From positions 15,146 to 79,145 of the forward strand of contig CALDOK010000192.1 in the NCBI GenBank assembly GCA_937912125.1: a DNA stretch of 64,000 nt. The letters run 5' to 3'. Under the pieces are notes generated by a model that was not told the origin of the DNA, did no database searches, and saw nothing but the letters and a program-made list of their open reading frames with translations. How positions within the stretch are numbered: the first letter of the stretch is position 1; each line of letters starts with the position of its first letter. This document shows positions 57,670 to 64,000 of this stretch, piece after piece. This DNA is from an uncultured Pseudomonadota bacterium. GTDB taxonomy: Bacteria > Myxococcota_A > UBA796 > JAFGLY01. The position numbers and the translations under genes are program-made.

Positions 57670-57888
57670 TCAGCGATCAGAGGTGTCGTCAGAAGAGGGC
57701 GTAGGGCTGGGAACATCCTGCCGAGCAGGCTGCTCCGAGCTGCCGGTCGCGACTCCAGCTTGCGGGGCGTCTTCGCTGGCCTTCGAGGCCTTGCGGGCCT
57801 CTCTCTCCGCGCGCTTGGCGGCCTTCTTGGAGGCCTTGTCGCGGTCCCTCTGCATTCGTTCGAAGCGGTAGTTAGGCTTGAAAGCCAT
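57670..57888 (-). CDS. Small basic protein (KPNYRFE...K/R-rich helix)
   Basis: MAFKPNYRFERMQRDRDKASKKAAKRAEREARK; lies directly downstream of the RRM gene. Confidence 0.65.
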   Translation of the reverse strand: MAFKPNYRFERMQRDRDKASKKAAKRAEREARKASKASEDAPQAGVATGSSEQPARQDVPSPTPSSDDTSDR

Positions 57889-57914
57889 GTCTTGCACATC
57901 CTACTGAAAATGAT

Positions 57915-57950
57915 CGAGGCGCCGTCTGGAGGGTCCCAGCCGGCGCCTCG
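57915..57950 (-). terminator. Stem-loop after the RRM gene, probable terminator
   Basis: Perfect 10-bp arms CGAGGCGCCG/CGGCGCCTCG plus an inner CTGG/CCAG pair, followed on the minus strand by ATCATTTT. Confidence 0.65.
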
Positions 57951-57975
57951 TTAGAATTCTTGTGGAGCAAAACGG

Positions 57976-58329
57976 CTAGTAGCCGCCGCCACCCCAGCCG
58001 CCACCGCGGCCACCACGATCGCCACCGCGGTCGCCACCACGGCCACCGCCGCGGCCGAAGCCGCCGCCGCCGCCGCGGCTCTGACGCTCCTGGGCCTCGT
58101 TCACGCGCACGGTGCGACCGTCGAGATCAGCGCCGTCCATCTTGGCGACTGCCTGGTCCTTGGCGTCGTCCGTCACGAAGGTCACGAAGCCGAAGCCGCG
58201 AGAGCGACCGGTGTCGCGATCCTTGATGACCACCGCCTCGGTGACCTCGCCGAACTCTTCGAAGGCTGCGCGAAGGCTGTCGTCATCCGTGGCCCACGCG
58301 AGGCCGCCAACAAATACTTTCTTGGACAT
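57976..58329 (-). CDS. RRM RNA-binding protein with a Gly/Arg-rich tail (117 aa)
   Basis: RNP2 VFVGGL, RNP1 RGFGFVTF and RGG repeats. Confidence 0.95.
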   Translation of the reverse strand: MSKKVFVGGLAWATDDDSLRAAFEEFGEVTEAVVIKDRDTGRSRGFGFVTFVTDDAKDQAVAKMDGADLDGRTVRVNEAQERQSRGGGGGFGRGGGRGGDRGGDRGGRGGGWGGGGY

Positions 58330-58760
58330 GTTCTCTCTTCTCTCGTCGTCTGGGGGCCGTTCAGCTCGATATTGAGCCGAAGACCCTGCGGTACACCGGG
58401 CGATGGGCGCCGGCAGCTCTTTGGCCAGGAGGGCCGTCTTCGTCGCAGGTTTCCACAAGAACGGACTCTCGAAGAAAGGACGTAGTGGAGAGTCTGCGTT
58501 CGAAAGCGCGACCGTATATCCCGTTGTACCGCCACTGCCCAACGAAGGGGCTGGTTCGGAGGGCGTGCGGCAGGTGGCCGCCGGGGCGTGGACGAAGCCT
58601 GCTGGCGCGCACGGACGTTCGTGGACGACCCGGGGTGTTGGAGGGGGCCCGCCAGGCAGGCGGCGCGAGCGTCGTGAGCTTCACGATTCTGCGTGTTTGT
58701 CCTTGCTCCATGCGCGGATGTAGCCCATGTGTCACCCATGCTTCGAGGAAGGAGGCTGCC

Positions 58761-61700
58761 GTGACCGATGAACCCACACCTGCATGGCGAAGCCAGGGTG
58801 AGGCGAGCCTTGACTGGCGCCTGCGCTTCGGGCACCTGCTCTCCAGCGCCCGAGACGCGGTGGCCTGCGTGCGCAGCGGGCAGACCATCTACATCGGCAG
58901 CGGCGCCGCAGAGCCCGGGTTCCTGTCCACCGCGCTGCTGGCCAGGGCAGGGAACCTGCGGGACGTGGTGGTGATCCACCTGCTCGGGCTGGAGGAGAGC
59001 CCCTTCGCCAACCCGAAGCTGGCGGTGAACTTTCGCGTCAACACCTTCTTCGTCGGGCGTGGCATGGAGGAGGCGGTGCGCGAAGGGCGGGCAGACTACA
59101 CGCCTCTGAGCGTCACGGAGCTGCCCCAGGCCATGAAGCGCGGCATCGTGCCCGTGGACGTGGCCCTGGTCCAGGTCAGCCCTCCCGACGCGATGGGGTA
59201 CTGCAGCCTGGGCATCTCGGTGGATGCGGGCATGGCCGCGGTGGAGCATGCCGGCCTGGTGCTGGCCCAGGTCAACGAGCAGCTGCCCGTCACCCACGGC
59301 GACTCGTCTGTACACGTCAGCCAGCTGCATGTGCTGGTGGATGGCAGCGCGCCGCTGCTCGAGGTCGAGTCCGAGGCTCCCGATCCCGTGTCGGTCACCA
59401 TCGGGCGGCTGGTGGCCGACATCATCCGTGATGGGTCTGTGCTTCACTTCGGCCGCAGCCCCGTCTCGGCGGCCACCATGCGCTTCCTCGAGCGTCGCCG
59501 GGACCTGGGCATCCACACCGACGTGCTCACCACCGACCTGCTGCGCCTGATCCAGTCGGGGGCGGTGAGCAACCGCTCCAAGGGAGTCCACCGGGGCAGG
59601 ACCGTGGCCACTACGGCCCAGGGCACCCAGGAGCTCTACCGCGCCTTGCACCACAACCAGGCCATCGAGCTGCACCCCGTGGACCACGTGAACGACCCCT
59701 GGGTCATCGCCCAGAACCCCAAGGTGGTGGCCGTGCTCGAGGTCGAGGAGCTGGACCTGAGCGGGAAAGCCCGCATCCAGGGGACCGTCTCCACCTCCAA
59801 GCGGGGCAGCCTCGGCGGCGCCCTGGACTATGTGGAGGGCGCCTCGCGCTCGGAGGGCGGCCTGGTGGTGCTGGCCCTCCCGTCCATCGATCCCGATGGT
59901 TCGAGGTCCCGCATCGTGGCGGAAGGCAGCGGACGGGGGGTGTTCCTTCCGCGCTCGAAGGTGGACATCGTGGTCACCGAGTATGGGTCGGTGCATCTGC
60001 GCGGGCTCTCCCTGCGCGAGCGCGCGGTGGCGCTGATCTCGGTAGCCCACCCACGCTTTCGCCGGGAGCTGATGGACCAGGCCAGGGGGATGCGCATCGT
60101 CGCCCAGGATCAGGTGTCCCAGCCCGAGCACGGCTGCGTCTACCCCCACCACTACGAGACCTCCCGCAGCTTCGCGGGCGGCCTCGAGGTCTTCTTCCGC
60201 CCGGTCAAGCCCTCCGACACGCGGCGCATCGAGCAGCTGTTCCACTCGCTGGCCCCCGAGACTGTGCGCATGCGCTGGCATGCCTCCCTCAACTCGCTGT
60301 CCCGGGCGACCCTGATGGAGATCACCAACATCGACTACTCCCAGGACATGGCCATCGTGGGCTTGGTGGGGCCGCGGGGAAACCGCCGGATCATCTGTGA
60401 GGGGCGGTGTCTGTACCAGCCGTCCACCCGCATGGGGGAGTTCGACATCCTGGTGCATGACGACTACCAGGGCCTAGGCCTGGGCAAGTTCCTGGCCAGC
60501 TACCTGATGCGGGTGGCCTACGCCCGCGGGCTGTACGGCCTGTTCGCCGAAGTGCTCCAGGACAACATGCCCATGCGGCACCTGCTTGACAGCGCTTGGC
60601 CCACGGCACGGGTGCGTCACGACGCGGGCCTGCGCACCTACACGGTGCAGTTCAGCCCAGCAGACAGAGGACGTCCCAAGGACGCCATCCTGATCCACAC
60701 TCCGCACTTTGGCGACTACTCCCTGGGGGACTCGCATCCCTTCGAGCCGGGGCGCGCCCGGAAGCTGTACGAGCTGCTCAAGCGCCAGGACTGGCTCTCC
60801 GAGCCGTGGATGCGGGTGGAGATGCCCCAGCCCGTGCCCGCCGAGGAGCTGGCGGGGTCGGTGGACCCCGGCTTCCTGGCGGCCATCAAGCGGGCCTCCG
60901 CGGGACGGATCGACCCCTCCTTGCTGGCCTATGGATTGGGCACCGAGGAGTGCCCCATCTTCCCCCGCCTGGCAGACTACGTGGGGCTGTATTGCTCGGC
61001 GACCATGACCGCCGTGCGGCTGATCCTCGAGAGCAACGCCAACGTGGTGTTCAACCCCCTGGGGGGGATGCACCACTCGAGCCGCAGCCGCGCCGAGGGT
61101 TTCTGCTACGTCAACGACGCCATCCTGGCCATCGACGCCCTGCTGGCGGCCGGCCACCGGGTGGTCTACATCGACATCGACGCGCACCACGGCAATGGGG
61201 TGCAGGACACCTACTGGAGAGACGATCGTGTCCTGGTGGTCTCCATCCACGAGTCTGGCAAGACCTTGTACCCGTGGAAGGGCTTCGAGGACGAGATCGG
61301 CGAGGGTCCGGGACGCGGCTACACCGTCAACGTGAGCCTGCCCGCGGGGGCGGATGACGAGGTGTTCCAGCGCGCCTTCGACGATCTGATCGTGGACCGT
61401 GTGCGGGCCTTCGCTCCCTCGGTCACCGTGGCGGTGGTGGGGGCCGACACACATCGCACCGACCCGCTCTCCCACCTGCAGCTCACCAACAACGGGATGG
61501 CCCACGCCATGGAGCACATCCGCGGCTTCAGCCCCCACCTGCTCATGCTCGGGGGCGGGGGCTACAATCCCGAGGCCACCGTCCGGGCTTGGGCGCGCAT
61601 GTGGGCGGCCGCCAATCGAATCGACGCCCTGCCTGACTACCTCACCATGCTCGGCGGAGTCTTCTTGGGCGAGCAGGACCTGGGCGGCGGTGACGTGGTG

Positions 61701-61793
61701 GACATGGCCTGGCGGGTCAGCGGTACCGAGAAGCAGGCCATGCTGGCCGAGGTTCAGCGGCAGGTGGACGCGGCCAAGGCCCGGGACCTCTGA
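58761..61793 (+). CDS. Three-domain fusion: acetyl-CoA hydrolase/transferase-like + GNAT acetyltransferase + HDAC/AcuC-family deacetylase
   Basis: AGGAGG RBS + GTG; GSGAAEP, VSPPD..GYCSLG, DLGIHTD, VTEYG; FRPVKPSD, EFDILV, QGLGLG; HPF, GGMHH, GFCYVND, DIDAHHGNG, GADTHRTDPL, GGGGY; one uninterrupted frame. Confidence 0.9.
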   Translation: MTDEPTPAWRSQGEASLDWRLRFGHLLSSARDAVACVRSGQTIYIGSGAAEPGFLSTALLARAGNLRDVVVIHLLGLEESPFANPKLAVNFRVNTFFVGRGMEEAVREGRADYTPLSVTELPQAMKRGIVPVDVALVQVSPPDAMGYCSLGISVDAGMAAVEHAGLVLAQVNEQLPVTHGDSSVHVSQLHVLVDGSAPLLEVESEAPDPVSVTIGRLVADIIRDGSVLHFGRSPVSAATMRFLERRRDLGIHTDVLTTDLLRLIQSGAVSNRSKGVHRGRTVATTAQGTQELYRALHHNQAIELHPVDHVNDPWVIAQNPKVVAVLEVEELDLSGKARIQGTVSTSKRGSLGGALDYVEGASRSEGGLVVLALPSIDPDGSRSRIVAEGSGRGVFLPRSKVDIVVTEYGSVHLRGLSLRERAVALISVAHPRFRRELMDQARGMRIVAQDQVSQPEHGCVYPHHYETSRSFAGGLEVFFRPVKPSDTRRIEQLFHSLAPETVRMRWHASLNSLSRATLMEITNIDYSQDMAIVGLVGPRGNRRIICEGRCLYQPSTRMGEFDILVHDDYQGLGLGKFLASYLMRVAYARGLYGLFAEVLQDNMPMRHLLDSAWPTARVRHDAGLRTYTVQFSPADRGRPKDAILIHTPHFGDYSLGDSHPFEPGRARKLYELLKRQDWLSEPWMRVEMPQPVPAEELAGSVDPGFLAAIKRASAGRIDPSLLAYGLGTEECPIFPRLADYVGLYCSATMTAVRLILESNANVVFNPLGGMHHSSRSRAEGFCYVNDAILAIDALLAAGHRVVYIDIDAHHGNGVQDTYWRDDRVLVVSIHESGKTLYPWKGFEDEIGEGPGRGYTVNVSLPAGADDEVFQRAFDDLIVDRVRAFAPSVTVAVVGADTHRTDPLSHLQLTNNGMAHAMEHIRGFSPHLLMLGGGGYNPEATVRAWARMWAAANRIDALPDYLTMLGGVFLGEQDLGGGDVVDMAWRVSGTEKQAMLAEVQRQVDAAKARDL

Positions 61794-62362
61794 AGCGGCG
61801 CTCGCAGCCAGAGGGACCACTGGACCGCGAAGCCCAGCGCGCCCGGGGCGCTCAGGACCGGCCCGAGGCCGCCTCGTGCGCCGATGGCCACAGGGCCGAG
61901 ATCCACCCCGAAGCCAGCCTCCAGCAGCAGCGGAGCGCGCAGCTGACGCGCGCTCAGCACCTGGAGCTCCAGGGGCAGAGCGAGGCCGAGGTCCAGCTCG
62001 CCTCGCGCCCCGCGCCGACCCAGTTGGATCGCGGGGGTGGCGCTCACGGCCAGGCCAGGGTCCACCATGGGTGCCAGCAGGCCGCCGGCCAAGAACAGAT
62101 CCAGGGCCCACGGGCCGGTCCCGAGGGCGACGCGCCGGCGGGTCCCGAGGGATGCCTCGATCGCAGCGGCGGGCAGCCTCCACGCGACCGCCAGGCCCAG
62201 CTCAGGCCGCAGCCACCAGGCCACACCGGCCTGAGGCCAGCCAGCCTGTAGCACCAGGCTCTGCCGTGGGTCGCCCTGGCGGAGGGTGATGGGGTCGGCT
62301 GCGGCTGGGCCTGAGGCGAAGGCTGCCAGGAAGAACACCAAGGTCACGGCCAGCGCGCGCAT
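61754..62362 (-). CDS. Exported hypothetical protein, possibly an outer-membrane beta-barrel
   Basis: Signal peptide MRALAVTLVFFLAAFASGPAAA; alternating amphipathic strands; TGATG coupling to the upstream gene. Confidence 0.6.
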   Translation of the reverse strand: MRALAVTLVFFLAAFASGPAAADPITLRQGDPRQSLVLQAGWPQAGVAWWLRPELGLAVAWRLPAAAIEASLGTRRRVALGTGPWALDLFLAGGLLAPMVDPGLAVSATPAIQLGRRGARGELDLGLALPLELQVLSARQLRAPLLLEAGFGVDLGPVAIGARGGLGPVLSAPGALGFAVQWSLWLRAPLQRSRALAASTCR

Positions 62363-63294
62363 CACCACCGCCCCTGGACGCCCGGGAAGCCACCGGCGTC
62401 GAGCTTGGCCGCGGCGCTGAGGTCGTCGTACAGGCTGGCGTCGAGCCAGGCGTCCAGTACCCGCCAGGCGTCTGTGCGGCTCTGTTCCGTGGGGCGGGTG
62501 GAGGCGCCGTCCCGGGACAGCTCCGACTCCGTGGCATCGTCGGTCCAGTCGTAGTGGTTCATGCCCTCGATGACGCCACCCCAGCGGGGCTCCGGAAAGC
62601 GCTCCCACTCGGGGTAGAACTCCTCGGGGGCCTTGCGGTCCTGGCTGCCTGTCAGCAGGAGGGAGGGGGAGCCGGCCATCGCCTCCACCTCGGTGCCACC
62701 CGCCGCGTAGGACGCCAGGATAGCGACCCCGTGTACGCGGGGGTCGGCGACCCAGCCCATGGCGGCCACCACGCCGCCCAGGGAGTGCCCCATGATGGCG
62801 ACGGGCCCATCCGGGTCGAGGGCCCCCTGGAGGGGGTCGCCATCCACCTCAGCGCGTTCGAGGGCCTCGTCCAGGGCGTAGGAGGCGTTGTCGGGCTCGA
62901 GGATGGCCAGCTGCACGCTGTGGCGAGGGGCCAGCACGACATAGCCCCGCGAGGCCATGTGCTCGGCCAGCCAGCGATACCGTTCCGTGTCGACGAACCC
63001 GCCCTGGATGCTCAGGACGCAGGGATAGGGGGCGCCGCTCGGGTCGAGATCCCCGCCTTCGAGGGCTGGCCAGGTGGCCTCGAAGCGCACGGCCTCGCTG
63101 ACCCTGGCCTGAGTGCGATAGCTGGCCCGGGCCACGCCGAAGGGCCCGCGCTGGCCGTCGTCGCCGGCGGCCTCGCCGTCGGGGGCGAGCACGAGCTCCA
63201 GCACCGGCGGCTGCGCGCAGCCCACCGTCAGCGCGATGAGAAGCAGAGGGCGAGTGAGTGTGTGCAGCGGGGTCAGGGGGCCTCCGGAGGACAC
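62362..63294 (-). CDS. Alpha/beta hydrolase lipoprotein (chlorophyllase/dienelactone hydrolase-like); start uncertain (63294 or 63357)
   Basis: LTVGC lipobox; ASRGYVV, GHSLGG, GSQD and GMNH give a Ser-Asp-His triad. Confidence 0.8.
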   Translation of the reverse strand: MSSGGPLTPLHTLTRPLLLIALTVGCAQPPVLELVLAPDGEAAGDDGQRGPFGVARASYRTQARVSEAVRFEATWPALEGGDLDPSGAPYPCVLSIQGGFVDTERYRWLAEHMASRGYVVLAPRHSVQLAILEPDNASYALDEALERAEVDGDPLQGALDPDGPVAIMGHSLGGVVAAMGWVADPRVHGVAILASYAAGGTEVEAMAGSPSLLLTGSQDRKAPEEFYPEWERFPEPRWGGVIEGMNHYDWTDDATESELSRDGASTRPTEQSRTDAWRVLDAWLDASLYDDLSAAAKLDAGGFPGVQGRW

Positions 63295-63353
63295 GGCGAT
63301 GCCACGGGGCTCGGCGAGCGCCCAGCGGCCCGGGACGACGGAGGGCGCTTCGC

Positions 63354-64000
63354 TCACCGCAGGCTGCGCCGTCGCACCGCGAGTCCAAGCAGCCCCAGCA
63401 GCCCGATGAAGGCTCCACTGCCTCCCTGGGCGGCGCTGCTGCAGTTGCAGCCGCCGCCGCCCTTGAAGAAGCCGTCGTTGTCGGAGTGGGGGCCGGTGTC
63501 GGGGAAGGAACCGGTGTCGTCGGTGGGATCGTCGGTGTCGTCGGTGGGATCGTCGGTGTCGTCTGGGGGGGCGTCGGTGTCGCCGGTGTCGCCCACCGGG
63601 TTGCAGTCGTCGTCGTACTCGCCGTTGCCGGGCCACACGTCCGCGTCGGTGTCGTCGCAGTCGTCGTCCACGTCGTAGCCGTCGCCGTCCTGGTCCAGGT
63701 CGTTGCCGTCGCAGTCCTGGTCCACGCCGTCGTACCAGATCTCGGTGGCGTCGGGGTTGATGGCCGCGTCCGCGTCGTCGCAGTCGGTGCCGCCCCAGGC
63801 CGCGTCGTCCCAGCCGTCGGCGTCGGCGTCGTAGTCCGAGCCTTCGCTGCAGTCCTGGTCTACGCCGTCGTACCAGATCTCGGTGGCGTCGGGGTTGATG
63901 CTGGCGTCCGCGTCGTCGCAGTCGTCGTCCACGTCGTAGCCGTCGCCGTCCTGGTCCAGGTCATTGCCGTCACAGTCGTTGTCCACGCCGTCGTACCAGA
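63354..64000 (-). CDS. 3' part of a surface protein with MopE-like metal-binding repeats and a MYXO-CTERM-like anchor (5' end outside window)
   Basis: DCDDADASINPDATEIWYDGVDQDC repeats; GGGGCNCSS...FIGLLGLLGLAVRRR. Confidence 0.9.
   Translation of the reverse strand, partial: WYDGVDNDCDGNDLDQDGDGYDVDDDCDDADASINPDATEIWYDGVDQDCSEGSDYDADADGWDDAAWGGTDCDDADAAINPDATEIWYDGVDQDCDGNDLDQDGDGYDVDDDCDDTDADVWPGNGEYDDDCNPVGDTGDTDAPPDDTDDPTDDTDDPTDDTGSFPDTGPHSDNDGFFKGGGGCNCSSAAQGGSGAFIGLLGLLGLAVRRRSLR
63512..63563 (-). repeat. 21-nt tandem repeat (about 2.5 copies) encoding DDTDDPT
   Basis: CGGTGTCGTCGGTGGGATCGT twice plus a partial third copy. Confidence 0.9.
63651..64000 (-). repeat. Coding repeats with alternating 138- and 123-nt spacing (261-nt super-unit)
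   Basis: CGTACCAGA ends at 63739, 63877 and 64000; 63651-63739 is near-identical to 63912-64000. Confidence 0.85.

Noticed and set aside
63512-64000. Repeats as a CRISPR array
   Set aside because: In-frame protein repeats with synonymous variation, no unique spacers and no cas genes.

Overview
High-GC (roughly 70% by eye), gene-dense chromosomal window, most likely from a Myxococcota-type bacterium: two MYXO-CTERM-like C-termini, MopE-like DCDD repeats, many lipoproteins and a PEGA Ser/Thr kinase. I see no rRNA, tRNA, CRISPR array or mobile element. Recognisable content: the 3' end of an flx/asr-like Fe-S flavoprotein operon, a Na+-translocating acyl-CoA (probably methylmalonyl-CoA) decarboxylase operon, pta-ackA, mtnA, an ECF sigma/anti-sigma/YbjQ unit, a DUF1338 + FAD 2-hydroxyacid dehydrogenase pair, an ABC-F ATPase, two Thr-type sulfatase-like proteins, GT-C glycosyltransferases and an RRM protein. 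The strongest leads are: (1) a selenoprotein that the ORF track splits in two, a lipoprotein redoxin with an in-frame UGA in a UxxC motif and a SECIS-like hairpin (12481-13128, minus); (2) a single polypeptide fusing a CoA-transferase-like domain lacking its catalytic Glu, a Pat-type GNAT acetyltransferase and an HDAC-family deacetylase (58761-61793); (3) a radical SAM/SPASM enzyme near a lipoprotein with an unusual long leader and an MVMCY motif, a candidate protein-modification system. All family assignments come from motif reading only; no database search was run.
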